A stretch of 64,000 nt of DNA from Thermostichus sp. DRC_bins_24 (GTDB lineage: Bacteria > Cyanobacteriota > Cyanobacteriia > Thermostichales > Thermostichaceae). Shown one piece after another: positions 30,295 through 41,251 of this stretch. The stretch is taken from positions 1 to 64,000 of the forward strand of contig JAUQVK010000086.1 of assembly GCA_039794845.1 (NCBI GenBank), in the 5' to 3' direction. Made by a program: the position numbers and the translations under genes. How positions within the stretch are numbered: position 1 is the stretch's first letter; each line of letters begins with the position of its first letter. The notes under the pieces were generated by a model that was given only the letters and a program-made list of their open reading frames with translations, was not told the origin of the DNA and ran no database searches.

Positions 30295-32001
30295 ATGCGG
30301 TGCTCGTGGGCCCTAGCACTAGGCTTGTGTTGGACATTGGGCTGGTCGAGCGTCAGCCCACCGGTTTGGGCACAAGGAGCGGGGCAAGAAGCATCACTGG
30401 CTTGGGTCGATGCTTATGCCGCTGCTCTGGAGCGTCAAACGGATGTGGTGATCACGGGGGAGCCCCTATCGGCAACCCTGACCCGTCTGGAATTGGCCCA
30501 GTGGCTGACGGAGTTTTTCGGCTACATTCCCAACCCCAATCAGGTACAGGTGATTAGCGATCTGGAGCCAAATACCCCCGACTACTGGACAGCCCAGGCG
30601 GTTCTACAGGCGGGAGCCATGCGCTTGTACGAGGGCGGTCAGTTTCGTCCCCAAGGGGATCTCACTCAACTGGAAGCCCTGGCAATTTTGGTGCGGGCCT
30701 TACAGTTACCCGCTCCTACTCCCGCTGAAATTGACAGTTGGATGGCTCTCTACTCGGATGCTGCAGACGTGCCAGAGGTAGGTCGGGCTTTTGTCGCCAT
30801 GGCGGGCCGAGCTGGATTGCTGGTCAATGTGCCGGATCCGGCCCGTTTGAATCCGAACCGTGTCTTGCGGCGCGGGGAAGGGGCCGTACTGCTCCATCAA
30901 GCTTTGGTATACCGGGGCCAAATTCCAGCCCTGCCCGAACCGGTGGCCCAACTGCGCCCGGCTGAAGCTCCGGCTCCGGTGGCGGCCCGCCCTGAGATCC
31001 TGCAAACCCGCATCACCCCTGAGTCGGGGGTGGTTCCCGCCGGCGGGACGTTGACCATTGAGGCACAGGGAACCCCCAACGGCAGCGCCACAGTGGACAT
31101 CGGAGATTTGGTGCGATCTCTTCCCATGCAGGAGGTGCAACCTGGCTACTACCGTGCTGTTTACAGCCTTAGCCCACAAGATAGCGCCCTCAGCCCTGAC
31201 ATCAGCATCCAGCTGACCGTCAACGGTGTCAGCACCCGCATTCAACAGCGACAACCGCAACTGGCTCTGGGCAATGTCGCTCCACCCCCGGTTGAGTCAA
31301 TCTTTTCTCCGCCAACCTCGCCAGCTCCCCAACCCACTTTTCCCTCCGGTCCCTCCATCCCGGCCACTGCCGGCGGTGCCTATCCCCGTATCGAAGCCAT
31401 TCGTTTGGATCCCCAGCGCAACTTGGTTGAAGGCGATATTCTCACCATCGCCATCTGGGGAGATTCCGGAGGCATCGCGCAATTTGATCTGGGGAACCTG
31501 GCCCTGAACCAACCGATGCGAGAGGTGCGCCCCAATCACTACGAAGGCACCTATGTGGTTGCCCCCACTCACCAGGCCAACAATCCTGTGCTGCGGATCG
31601 TGCTCACCAAGAACGGCCTAAGCCAGGAACACCGGGAGATCCTGCCCTTTTCGGTGGATGGATCCCAGGGTACCCGCTCCACCATTCAGCCGGTATCCAC
31701 CCCTATTGCGGCCGGCTTGCCCCAGATCTACAGCATTACAACCAATAGCAGCAATTTGCGAATGGGCGAGATTCTCAAGGTGACAATGCGGGGGGATCAG
31801 GGGGGGCGGGCTGCCTTCCGCATTGTTGGTGTGACTCCGGAAATTGAAATGCGAGAAGTTGCCCCCGGCCTTTACGAAACTCAGCAACAGCTTCCCTTCA
31901 ATATGCAACAGGTGAACAATGGCACAATTGAGGTAATTTTGCAGCGGGGCGGCCAGCAGACCCGACAAACTAGCCCCTCGACCATTAGTATTTCTCCTTA
32001 A
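30295..32001 (+). CDS. S-layer homology (SLH) domain secreted protein with three repeated beta-rich modules
   Basis: Signal peptide; FRPQGDLTQLEALAIL; three repeats of G..L.I...G..GG.A.F......MREV.PG.Y. Confidence 0.8.
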   Translation: MRCSWALALGLCWTLGWSSVSPPVWAQGAGQEASLAWVDAYAAALERQTDVVITGEPLSATLTRLELAQWLTEFFGYIPNPNQVQVISDLEPNTPDYWTAQAVLQAGAMRLYEGGQFRPQGDLTQLEALAILVRALQLPAPTPAEIDSWMALYSDAADVPEVGRAFVAMAGRAGLLVNVPDPARLNPNRVLRRGEGAVLLHQALVYRGQIPALPEPVAQLRPAEAPAPVAARPEILQTRITPESGVVPAGGTLTIEAQGTPNGSATVDIGDLVRSLPMQEVQPGYYRAVYSLSPQDSALSPDISIQLTVNGVSTRIQQRQPQLALGNVAPPPVESIFSPPTSPAPQPTFPSGPSIPATAGGAYPRIEAIRLDPQRNLVEGDILTIAIWGDSGGIAQFDLGNLALNQPMREVRPNHYEGTYVVAPTHQANNPVLRIVLTKNGLSQEHREILPFSVDGSQGTRSTIQPVSTPIAAGLPQIYSITTNSSNLRMGEILKVTMRGDQGGRAAFRIVGVTPEIEMREVAPGLYETQQQLPFNMQQVNNGTIEVILQRGGQQTRQTSPSTISISP

Positions 32002-32128
32002 CAGCCTTTTCTGACTTGGCGAGGAGCCTTACCTTGTGATCCAAACCCAGGTCACCTGAAGCTGCATCCCTGTCCAACAAACAGGGGGCTTCCGCACCTT
32101 GCGTGGCAAAACTGACTTGGACTGGCTG
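32002..32128. repeat. Possible MITE with CAGCC...GGCTG ends but a different interior
   Basis: ACAGCCTTTTCTGACTTGG...ACTGACTTGGACTGGCTGTA between convergent genes. Confidence 0.35.
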
Positions 32129-32177
32129 TAGCCAATGCTGTAGTCAATGACGCCGGAAAAAGCCGTAGGTAGAGTTC

Positions 32178-33908
32178 CTAGACCGCGACCTCAAAGGGAT
32201 CCAATGATTGTTCAGCTTGCGATGATAGTTTCGGGATCACCTCCAGCTTAAATTGCTGCTCAAACACCTCCTTTTTGGCCTTCAGGCTCCAGAGTTCTAG
32301 GGCGCAGTCATCGTTGGGATGTTTGGGATCCAAAATCAGCTCCATTTGCCGGGGTTCTTCTCCCAACAACTGAAAACGACAGTGCAAGGCTTGAATGGCT
32401 TGTAGGCGGCGGCGATCCAAAGCACAGGCCATCCGCAACAACGGGCTCAATTCCATGACAATTTGGCGATCCCGTTCATCTGTGAGGCGCTGAAAATTCT
32501 CATGTTTTTTCTTGGGTGGAGACTTGCGGTGATAGCGGGCTAAATTGGCGATCAGCTCCACCTCTTCCTCGTTGAAACCCAACAGTTCCCCATGCCGGAT
32601 CAGGTAGTAAGAGTGTTTGTGGTGGGCAGCATGGCTGATGAAGTGACCACAGTTGTGCAGCATGGCCGCAGCCCAAAGGAGGGCCCGTTCTCGGGATCCC
32701 CAGCGATGCAACAGACCGCGGGTTTGATCGAACAAGCTGAGGGAAAATTCCGCCACCCGTTCGGCATAGGGAATCTCGACCTGATATTTCTCTGCCAACT
32801 TGAGAATGCTGCGTCGCCGTACCGAGCTGTGGTAGCGCAGGCGGTCCTCGATTAATCCCTGGCTGATCATCCAATCCACGATCAGCCCTTCCCGCAGGGC
32901 CCGCTCACAAAACCGAATCTGCCCTATTCCCAGCAGGCTCATTACTTCTTCCAGGATCATCGTCCCTGCCAGGATGATCTCGCCGCGTTTTTCCCCAAGG
33001 CCAGGGAGTTTTTGCCGTTCGGCAATGGTGAGGGTGCGAAACTCTTTGCTGTAGCTGTGCAAGGCTTCTAAGCTGAATTCGTACCCCTGCATCCGACTGG
33101 GAGGGTTACCCAAACGACGACGAGCATCCAATTGGGCCAGCGTTTCGATGGTGCCGGAGGTGCCCACCAAGGTCAGGGATCCCTGGGGCTCAGCGATGCG
33201 TTTGATTTGCTCGATGGGTGCTTCCAACATGCCGCGAATGTGTTGCCTGAGGGCTTGCAATTCGGCGGGAGTAGGGGGATCGTTGTGCAAAAAGGCTTGG
33301 GTCAGACGGACGGCACCCACCTTGACACTGCGCAGAAACTCCGGTTCTTGGCCATCTCCTAAAATCAACTCTGTGGAGCCGCCGCCAATATCCACCACCA
33401 CATGCAAACGGTTGTGGAACTCCATTGCCGAGAGCACCCCGAGGTAAATGCGGCGCGCCTCCTCTTGCCCCGAGATCAGCTCCACCCTTAAGCCCAGATC
33501 CCGTTCGATCCGCTTCAAAAACTCCAAGCCATTGGGGGCTTCCCGCACCGCACTGGTGGCCACCGCCACAATCGATTGCACCTGAAACCCTCGGGCAATG
33601 CGACAAAACCGATCCAAAGCTTCTTGGGCCCGATCCATGGCGGCTGCGGTGAGGGCACCCGTTTTGTTGCAGTATTCCCCGAGCCGGACGGTGGCTTTTT
33701 CGCGGGAAATGATGCTGAAGCTGGGGATACGGGGATTGATACGCACCACCACCATGTGTAGGGAGTTGGTCCCCACATCGATGGCAGCCATAACGGGAGA
33801 ACCTAGGGGCTGAGACTCAGAACTTAAGGCTGGACTGGGCTCAGGAGCGAGATCCAAAGGAGTCGAGGTGGTGGAGCGTTCGATGGGATTGGCACGCGAA
33901 GAGATCAT
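32178..33908 (-). CDS. ppx: Ppx/GppA exopolyphosphatase with HD-type C-terminal domain
   Basis: AAIDVGTNS, ATSAVREA, ISGQEEA, DIGGGSTE, ALREG. Confidence 0.94.
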   Translation of the reverse strand: MISSRANPIERSTTSTPLDLAPEPSPALSSESQPLGSPVMAAIDVGTNSLHMVVVRINPRIPSFSIISREKATVRLGEYCNKTGALTAAAMDRAQEALDRFCRIARGFQVQSIVAVATSAVREAPNGLEFLKRIERDLGLRVELISGQEEARRIYLGVLSAMEFHNRLHVVVDIGGGSTELILGDGQEPEFLRSVKVGAVRLTQAFLHNDPPTPAELQALRQHIRGMLEAPIEQIKRIAEPQGSLTLVGTSGTIETLAQLDARRRLGNPPSRMQGYEFSLEALHSYSKEFRTLTIAERQKLPGLGEKRGEIILAGTMILEEVMSLLGIGQIRFCERALREGLIVDWMISQGLIEDRLRYHSSVRRRSILKLAEKYQVEIPYAERVAEFSLSLFDQTRGLLHRWGSRERALLWAAAMLHNCGHFISHAAHHKHSYYLIRHGELLGFNEEEVELIANLARYHRKSPPKKKHENFQRLTDERDRQIVMELSPLLRMACALDRRRLQAIQALHCRFQLLGEEPRQMELILDPKHPNDDCALELWSLKAKKEVFEQQFKLEVIPKLSSQAEQSLDPFEVAV

Positions 33909-34306
33909 GACCCAAGCACGTAGAGAGTTCCAACCCCTTTAGGATACTGCGCGTTTCCCCCTATTTTTCTGAGCCGAGTTGTGGGATCCAATTTGGGCAT
34001 AAAGGCCAACAAACGGTTAAAAGCCGAACGGGCTGGGATCCCGATTATCTCTGCGGTCAGCCTTTGCGCAGATTCAGAACAACTTGCCAAATTTATCTGC
34101 AATTCTATGTCTTGAGGTCACCGTTTGTTTCGTTCTGTCTCAACCTGGGTCGCTGCTCCGAAGGGGCTGGGTGACCTGCAAAAAAACTCAGGGATTCTTG
34201 AGAGGGTGATTTGCAGATGGCCCCTGGCATGGGATCCCTGCTGCTCTTGCCCACATGGGCAGCCTAAGATAGGGACACTGACTTTTTGTTATTGAAGCAG
34301 ATCCCG

Positions 34307-36139
34307 ATGTCTCAGTCACCCGAAGTCGCCCAAAACGGTCAAGCCAACAGCAACCTCAAGCTGCTGCGCACCCACGAATCTCCCAAGCTAGAGCGGATTC
34401 GTCATACCACCTCTCATGTGATGGCGATGGCGGTGCAAAAGCTGTTTCCCAAAGCCCAGGTGACGATTGGCCCAGCGACTGACTATGGCTTCTACTACGA
34501 CTTCGACCATCCGGAGCCCTTTACCCCTGAAGATCTCAACCGCATTAAAAAAGAAATGCAGGCGATCATCAAAAAGGGTTTGCCTGTGATCCGCGAAGAG
34601 ATCAGCCGTGAGGAGGCCAGGCGGCGCATCCAAGCCCTAGGGGAACCCTACAAGTTGGAGATCCTAGACAGCATTCCCGAAGGGGAAACCATCAGCCTTT
34701 ATCACCTTGGGGAGGAATGGTGGGATCTCTGTGCCGGCCCCCATGTGGAGAACACCCGAGACCTGAATCCCAAAGCCTTTGATCTGCTGAGTGTGGCCGG
34801 GGCCTACTGGCGCGGCGATGAAACCAAGGCCCAGCTACAGCGAATCTACGGCACCGCCTGGGAGACCCCGGAAGAACTCAAGGAATACAAACGCCGCCTA
34901 GAGGAAGCCAAACTGCGGGATCACCGCAAGCTGGGTAAAGAGTTGGGCCTGTTTTTGTTTGCCGATGAGGTGGGGCCGGGGCTACCCCTCTGGACCCCTA
35001 AAGGCACGATCCTGCGCTCGACTCTGGAAGACTTTCTCAAGCAAGAGCAGATCAAGCGGGGCTATTTGCCCGTGGTTACCCCCCATATTGCCCGGGTGGA
35101 TTTGTTCAAAATCTCCGGTCACTGGCAGAAATATCGAGAGGATATGTTCCCGATGATGGCGGAGGATGACAAGGCGCGGGCAGCCGAACAAGGCTTTGTC
35201 ATGAAACCCATGAATTGTCCTTTCCACATTCAAATCTACAAATCCGAACTGAGATCCTATCGGGATTTACCCCTGCGCTATGCCGAGTTTGGCACCGTCT
35301 ATCGCTATGAACAATCGGGAGAACTGGGGGGCCTGACACGGGTGCGGGGCTTTACGGTGGATGACTCCCATTTGTTTGTCCGCCCCGACCAACTGGATGA
35401 GGAATTTCTCAAGGTGGTGGATTTAATCTTGGTGGTGTTTGAGCGGCTGCAACTGAAGGATTTTCGCGCCCGCCTCAGCTTCCGGGATCCCAAGTCGGAC
35501 AAATACCTGGGTTCTGCCGAAGACTGGGAAAAGGCGGAAAATGCCATTCGTCGTGCCGTTGAGCAGCTTTCCATGCCCCATTTTGAGGGAATTGGGGAAG
35601 CGGCGTTTTATGGGCCGAAGCTGGACTTTATCTTCCGGGATGCTTTGGATCGGGAGTGGCAACTGGGCACGGTTCAGGTGGACTACCAAAACCCTCAGCG
35701 CTTTGATCTGCAATATGTGGCGGAGGATGGATCCCGGCAGCGGCCGGTAATGATTCACCGTGCCCCCTTCGGTTCCTTGGAGCGGCTGGTGGGGATTCTG
35801 ATCGAGGAATATGCGGGGGATTTCCCCTTCTGGCTGGCCCCAGAACAGGTGCGCATTTTGCCGGTTGCCGATCAGTATCTGGGCTATGCCACCCAGGTGC
35901 GGGATTATCTGCGGGAACAGGGGATCCGTGTCCACATCGATGCCGATAGCGATCGTCTCCCCAAAAAGATCCGCAATGCCGAGAAGGCCAAGATCCCCTT
36001 CATGTTGATCGTGGGGGAACAGGAACAAGCGGCGGGAACCGTAAGTGTGCGGCAACGCCATGGTGGCGAAGGGGGATCCCCAACCTTGGCAGAATTGGCG
36101 GCTCAATTGCGTAGGCTCAACTCCGGGATGACGGCCTAA
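34307..36139 (+). CDS. thrS: Threonine--tRNA ligase
   Basis: [42 protein letters not shown]. Confidence 0.98.
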   Translation: MSQSPEVAQNGQANSNLKLLRTHESPKLERIRHTTSHVMAMAVQKLFPKAQVTIGPATDYGFYYDFDHPEPFTPEDLNRIKKEMQAIIKKGLPVIREEISREEARRRIQALGEPYKLEILDSIPEGETISLYHLGEEWWDLCAGPHVENTRDLNPKAFDLLSVAGAYWRGDETKAQLQRIYGTAWETPEELKEYKRRLEEAKLRDHRKLGKELGLFLFADEVGPGLPLWTPKGTILRSTLEDFLKQEQIKRGYLPVVTPHIARVDLFKISGHWQKYREDMFPMMAEDDKARAAEQGFVMKPMNCPFHIQIYKSELRSYRDLPLRYAEFGTVYRYEQSGELGGLTRVRGFTVDDSHLFVRPDQLDEEFLKVVDLILVVFERLQLKDFRARLSFRDPKSDKYLGSAEDWEKAENAIRRAVEQLSMPHFEGIGEAAFYGPKLDFIFRDALDREWQLGTVQVDYQNPQRFDLQYVAEDGSRQRPVMIHRAPFGSLERLVGILIEEYAGDFPFWLAPEQVRILPVADQYLGYATQVRDYLREQGIRVHIDADSDRLPKKIRNAEKAKIPFMLIVGEQEQAAGTVSVRQRHGGEGGSPTLAELAAQLRRLNSGMTA

Positions 36140-36180
36140 ACACCCGAAAAATCCTTAGCCCTTTTCCCCATGGATACCTC

Positions 36181-37797
36181 ATGAATACCTCCGATAGCCC
36201 TCCTGCAGAGGGATCTCGCTCCAACCCAATCGCCCTTCAGCTAAAAGGGATCACCAAACGCTACCCGCTGGTGTTGGCCAATGATCACATCGACCTAGAT
36301 GTGCGCTGGGGGGAAATTCTCGCCCTCATGGGGGAAAACGGGGCGGGCAAATCCACCCTGATGAAGATCGTCTATGGCTTGGTCAGCCCCGATGAGGGAG
36401 CCATCTATATGGACGGGCAACGGGTGCATATCCACAGCCCCACCGACGCCATTCGCTTGGGAATCGGCATGGTGCATCAGCATTTTATGTTGGTGGATCC
36501 CTTGACGGTGTTGGAAAACGTTATCCTCGGGGCCGAACCGGGCAACCGGTTTCAGGTGGATTTTCGTCAGGCGCGGGCGCAGGTGGCGCAGGTGATTGCC
36601 GAGATGGGCTTTGATCTGGATCCAGATGCGCGTATTGAAGATTTGCCGGTGGGTTTGCAGCAGCGGGTGGAGATCCTCAAAACCATCTACCGCAAGGCCC
36701 GCATTTTGATCTTGGATGAGCCCACTGCTGTTTTAACCCCCCAAGAGGCCACCGAACTGTTCGCCTTTTTGCGCCGCTTCACGCAGCAGGGGGGGGCTGT
36801 GATTTTCATCAGCCACAAACTGAACGAGGTGATGCAAATTTCCGACCGCATTACGGTGATTCGGGATGGCAAAGTGGTGGCGACGGTGCCCACTGCCGAA
36901 ACCCATACCCAGGAGCTGGCCCGCCTCATGGTGGGTCGAGAAGTGAATCTGACGGTAGAGAAGGATGTTGACTGGGCGGGTGCCGGCCAGTCTGGTGCTC
37001 CGGCGACGGTGTTGTTGGATGTGCAGGATGTGTGGGTGGAGATACCGGGGCGGAAACCGGCGGTGGCGGGGGTAAGCTTTCAGGTGCGTGCCGGCGAGAT
37101 CGTCGGTATTGCCGGAGTGGAGGGGAATGGACAAACGGAGTTGGTAGAGGCGATTACCGGCCTGAGGAGCTACCGGGGCCAAATTCGCTACGGGTCAAGT
37201 GCCCTCTCTCCGTCTGCCCGGCAGGTGCGCCACTGGGGCTTGAGCCATATCCCGGAGGATCGCAATGTGCGGGGGTTGGTGCTGGATTTCTCGACGCGAG
37301 ACAACCTGATTCTAGGGGATCACCATCAAAAACCCTATACCGGGTGGCTGGGCTTTTTCAACGAGGATTCCATTACCCAACACGCCGAGAAAGTGGTGGA
37401 TACCTTTGATGTGCGACCGCGCAGCATTTCCCTGACCGCACGACGCTACTCCGGGGGCAATGCCCAAAAAATCATTGTTGGGCGGGAGCTCTCCTGTGGC
37501 CCCAGGGTATTGGTGGCGGCCCAGCCGACGCGGGGGGTGGATGTGGGGGCGATCGAGGCCATTCATCGGCGTATAGTACAAGCCCGGGCTCAGGGTATGG
37601 CGGTGCTGCTGGTATCGGCTGACTTGAACGAAGTGATCAGCTTGTCGGATCGGATCCTGGTCCTCCACGAAGGCCGCATTGCCGGAGAGCTTTCCCCTGC
37701 AGAAGCGACAGAAGAACGGCTGGGCTTGCTGATGGGCGGCATCCACGACTCCTCAGAGCGCCCGGAGTTCCAGCAACCCGGCAGCATGTTCCAGTAA
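36181..37797 (+). CDS. Sugar/nucleoside (CUT2) ABC transporter ATP-binding protein, double NBD
   Basis: [30 protein letters not shown]. Confidence 0.93.
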   Translation: MNTSDSPPAEGSRSNPIALQLKGITKRYPLVLANDHIDLDVRWGEILALMGENGAGKSTLMKIVYGLVSPDEGAIYMDGQRVHIHSPTDAIRLGIGMVHQHFMLVDPLTVLENVILGAEPGNRFQVDFRQARAQVAQVIAEMGFDLDPDARIEDLPVGLQQRVEILKTIYRKARILILDEPTAVLTPQEATELFAFLRRFTQQGGAVIFISHKLNEVMQISDRITVIRDGKVVATVPTAETHTQELARLMVGREVNLTVEKDVDWAGAGQSGAPATVLLDVQDVWVEIPGRKPAVAGVSFQVRAGEIVGIAGVEGNGQTELVEAITGLRSYRGQIRYGSSALSPSARQVRHWGLSHIPEDRNVRGLVLDFSTRDNLILGDHHQKPYTGWLGFFNEDSITQHAEKVVDTFDVRPRSISLTARRYSGGNAQKIIVGRELSCGPRVLVAAQPTRGVDVGAIEAIHRRIVQARAQGMAVLLVSADLNEVISLSDRILVLHEGRIAGELSPAEATEERLGLLMGGIHDSSERPEFQQPGSMFQ

Positions 37798-37813
37798 AAC
37801 ATCCAGTAAAACA

Positions 37814-37838
37814 TAAAGAGGGGGGACGGATCCCCCCG
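37814..37838 (-). terminator. Probable intrinsic terminator of psaC
   Basis: Minus strand GGGGGGA-TCCG-TCCCCCC-TCTTTA. Confidence 0.55.
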
Positions 37839-37873
37839 GTCAGGATGGGTAAGGTTATAGCCAACAGCCAAGC

Positions 37874-38122
37874 TCAGTAGGCCAAGCCCATGCTGCGGGT
37901 GGTTTCGGGGCCAAGGTAGACCCGGATGCTCAAGAAATCAGTGGGACAAGCGGTTTCACAGCGTTTGCAGCCGACACAATCTTCTGTGCGAGGGGAGGCC
38001 GCGATCATCCCGGCCTTGTTGTTACCCTTCCAGGGCACCATCTCCAACACATCGGTGGGGCAAGCCCGTACACATTGAGTGCAGCCGATGCAGGTGTCGT
38101 AGATCTTGACCGAGTGAGCCAT
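37874..38122 (-). CDS. psaC: Photosystem I iron-sulfur centre
   Basis: [22 protein letters not shown]...[12 protein letters not shown]...RSMGLAY. Confidence 0.98.
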   Translation of the reverse strand: MAHSVKIYDTCIGCTQCVRACPTDVLEMVPWKGNNKAGMIAASPRTEDCVGCKRCETACPTDFLSIRVYLGPETTRSMGLAY

Positions 38123-38356
38123 TAGCGTTCTCCAGTCGAGCAGGTTGAAAAAGGGTTTACCGAATTGGCGTGGCAGCAACACCACTGCGCAAGTGCCCTC
38201 AGTGTACTGTAGTCCCGCAAAGCCTCCAAAATCCCAAATCCAAATGTTCAAACAAATTTACATCCCCTGGGAGCTGCTTGTGGCAACGCGGGCAGAGCCT
38301 AGATCCTCCGGTTCCGGCCTGGGCTAGGATAAGGCTGAAGCTGGCAAGGGATCCCT

Positions 38357-38734
38357 ATGGAGCGCTCAACGCGGAACCTTAGAACGCGAACCCAGGGCAA
38401 CCTCCGTCGCCTGTGGCCGATCCTGGCAGAGATCTTCGAGGAGAGCAAACCTCGCCTGTGGGAGCTGGATCATCGCCTGACGGGTTGGGTGCGCAGCAGG
38501 CGCTGGGGAATGGATCCGACCGTGCCCAAGGTGTTGATCTATGTGCTGGTGGCCGTTGTGGTTTTGGTGATCCCGATCCTCACCTTGGCGGCTTTGGTTG
38601 CCCTTCTAGCTTTTCTCGCCATTCAAATCGGCAAGAAATGGCCCCAGGCGGATCCCGCCCGTCAAACGGAGCGCCGCTACTTACGCAGTGCTGCCGACGA
38701 TCAGGCGTACGATTACGATTCCGACCTAGATTAA
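38357..38734 (+). CDS. Hypothetical membrane protein
   Basis: ATG-started ORF with a long hydrophobic hairpin. Confidence 0.6.
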   Translation: MERSTRNLRTRTQGNLRRLWPILAEIFEESKPRLWELDHRLTGWVRSRRWGMDPTVPKVLIYVLVAVVVLVIPILTLAALVALLAFLAIQIGKKWPQADPARQTERRYLRSAADDQAYDYDSDLD

Positions 38735-38760
38735 GGCTCTCTGCTGGAGTGCAAAGAGGT

Positions 38761-39807
38761 TCACCGGAGAGGTTTAGCCACATCCCCCACGGTGAATCCT
38801 GCCCCACTGAGAATGCGCCCCACACTGGAGCCATCATCCACTTCCGTGAGTTGGATCTGTCCGGCCGGCTCGGTCAATTTGCGCAAAACGGCCCCTGTCG
38901 CCGGATCTGTAACCTCTCGCACCACGCGCTCCACCGAAAGAATCAACCCCACCTGATAACCATCGCGGCTGCCCTTGTTCAAAATCACCTGATTGCCGTA
39001 GACATCCGCCACCAGGGCATCCACCGTGGGTAAAGAACGGGGCTGAGCGGCCAAACGACCCGCAGAACCCGCCAACTGCCCGGCAATTTGCTCCACAGCC
39101 TGTTGGGTGGCCAAAACCAGCAGTTTTTCTTCATTGCTGGTGGCAGAGCCGCCCCCAAAGCCAGCTACGGTAACGGTGCTATCCGACTGGCTAACGTTGC
39201 CCTTGCCCTCGGCTACCATCAAAATTTCGGCGGTACTGGTGCTCACCATCCGCACATTCAGCTGCACATTGGCATCGGCATCCACCGACTCCGCCCCAAC
39301 CGCTATGGGAAAACTTCCAAACGGGGTCAGGATCGGCGCTCCGCCCCCTGAACGACGCACCGACACATCGAACTGCGTCACACTGCCGATGATCACGGCA
39401 TCTACTCCCAAGATCCGCCCCACCTGAGCGGCTGTGCCGGCATCCAGCCGACCTGACAGTCCCAGGTTTTGCTCCGCCAAGATCGCCTCTAGTCGCGAGC
39501 GTTCGATCACCGAAAAGGTGCCATCCTTAACCAGCCGATCCACCAACACATCGCTGACTCCCCGTGAAGCATTGGGAACGCTGTAGGGATTGCTAAGGCT
39601 GCTGAAGTCAAAATCCAAGACCGCAATGCGAGGACGGGAGGTGGGCTGCGGCGCTTGTCCACTTTGACTAGGGGCCGAGAGATTACAGCGGATATCCTGC
39701 GGAAATTGCTGGCAGAGGGCCGGATTGGCCGATTGCGCCCTTACAGGGATCCCCGCCAAACCCAGCAAAGGGATCCCTAACAATAAAGCGGCAGAAAGGG
39801 TGCGCAT
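38761..39807 (-). CDS. CsgG/HfaB-family protein with FlgT-C-like tail
   Basis: RIAVLDFD, FSVIERSRLEAILAEQ, GRILGVDAVIIGSVTQF, VILNKGSRDG; signal peptide. Confidence 0.88.
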   Translation of the reverse strand: MRTLSAALLLGIPLLGLAGIPVRAQSANPALCQQFPQDIRCNLSAPSQSGQAPQPTSRPRIAVLDFDFSSLSNPYSVPNASRGVSDVLVDRLVKDGTFSVIERSRLEAILAEQNLGLSGRLDAGTAAQVGRILGVDAVIIGSVTQFDVSVRRSGGGAPILTPFGSFPIAVGAESVDADANVQLNVRMVSTSTAEILMVAEGKGNVSQSDSTVTVAGFGGGSATSNEEKLLVLATQQAVEQIAGQLAGSAGRLAAQPRSLPTVDALVADVYGNQVILNKGSRDGYQVGLILSVERVVREVTDPATGAVLRKLTEPAGQIQLTEVDDGSSVGRILSGAGFTVGDVAKPLR

Positions 39808-40064
39808 GGTTGAACGATCTCCTAGTGCGGGGGGATGACTTCTCACAGCCTGTACCCAAAATAACCTCAGGGCAGTGACGAATATCACTTGGATGCGAGT
39901 AGGCTCAACAGTTGGTACCGGTTGTTCTCAGACGGTGTTCTGTCCTCTACCGACCACAAGAAAGACTATTGGAAAAGAGGCCCAAGAGGTTTGGCTACAG
40001 GAGTTGTTATCCCTCAACCGTTCCGAGGGGCGGATGGCAGCTATTGTTCCTCCATGCTCAACGT

Positions 40065-40095
40065 AAAAAGGGGCTGCCCAAAAGCTGGGCAACCC
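40065..40095 (-). terminator. Intrinsic terminator downstream of the SnoaL-like gene
   Basis: Minus strand GGGTTGCCCAG-CTTT-TGGGCAGCCC-C-TTTTT. Confidence 0.75.
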
Positions 40096-40130
40096 ATCAA
40101 AAGCTAGTTCTCTAGGGTTAGAAATACGGT

Positions 40131-40787
40131 TTAGTGGCTAACGGGGCACTTGCCGCTGGTCAGCTTCATCAACATATTGTTGGTATCAAAAAAGTGTTCT
40201 ACGGATTCGATCTTTAGATCATCGGTCACCTTAGCAATGCTGAGACCAACCACTTCAATCGTTTCTCCGGTAGGCTGATGACCTTTGTACTCTCCCTTAA
40301 AGGTGCCCCAGTGTCTCCACTTAAAAACAACATTGGGAGGGCCAGCGACCACTTCGATCAGCTCCCAGTGGAAGCCATCGGGGAAAGCTGTATGGAAAAG
40401 ATTGTAGGAAGATTCAAAGGTTTCTTCAGAAGCACGATAGTGCTCGGAGTCTTCCAAGAAGAGGTTGTAAGTGCCACGCTCGACAATATCTTCAGCGGTA
40501 TATTCTTTCCCGCCATTGGTGCTCATGCGAAACTTATCGGCAACGATAGAAAGCCACTGCTGTGTATTGGTTTTGAACGAGGCTTCCATTTCAAACGCCC
40601 GCACCAAGTTATGGGCAATGGCATTCAAAGAGCCTTCTGCATGGTTACATTTCCGCTCTTGTTCTAGAAAAGCATTGGTTCGGGAATAGTCTGGCCGCTG
40701 GCCATCACGCCATTCTACTCCCTCATCGTGCTTCAACACCTCCTCACGATCCTGCACCCAGAGCGGTAACTCTTGAGTTGTTGTCAT
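40131..40787 (-). CDS. SnoaL-like/ester-cyclase fold protein (pathogen-related-protein-like)
   Basis: WRDGQRPDY, FEMEASFK, GTYNLF, FHTAFPDGFHWE, GPPNVVFKWRHWG. Confidence 0.8.
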   Translation of the reverse strand: MTTTQELPLWVQDREEVLKHDEGVEWRDGQRPDYSRTNAFLEQERKCNHAEGSLNAIAHNLVRAFEMEASFKTNTQQWLSIVADKFRMSTNGGKEYTAEDIVERGTYNLFLEDSEHYRASEETFESSYNLFHTAFPDGFHWELIEVVAGPPNVVFKWRHWGTFKGEYKGHQPTGETIEVVGLSIAKVTDDLKIESVEHFFDTNNMLMKLTSGKCPVSH

Positions 40788-41251
40788 AGCTGCTAGCCCC
40801 CTGTAGTTGCGTTAGAACAACAAAAAACAGGCCCCTGCCTGCAGCTGAAGTTTAGCACCGCACGTTCCTCAAAAATCAGTGTCGCAGACTACAGGTTTTT
40901 GCGGATCTCCGCTTCAATGCCGCTGAAAAGCGGTTTCTACTTTGATGCCAGGCTGGTTAACAGAAAGTAGTCAAGATTTATTAAGTATTCTTCCAGAGGC
41001 CTGCTGGCCAAGGGGTTTTGCAGGCTCGAGTCATTTGGCGATTCAGACAGGCTAGTGTGGCTGAGGATTGGATATCATTGTGCAGAGCTGTCTGTGTAAT
41101 TCCTCGTGCAGACTGCTTCTTGTGCTGTATATTTTTGAATTGGGTTCCGTGCTGTTCTTCCCATGCGAGCAGATTCTATCCGTAGAGTTTCTCAAGGTTG
41201 GGAGCGATGAGGTGAGATAATTGCTTTTTCAGACAGGCAGCATCCGTAGGT

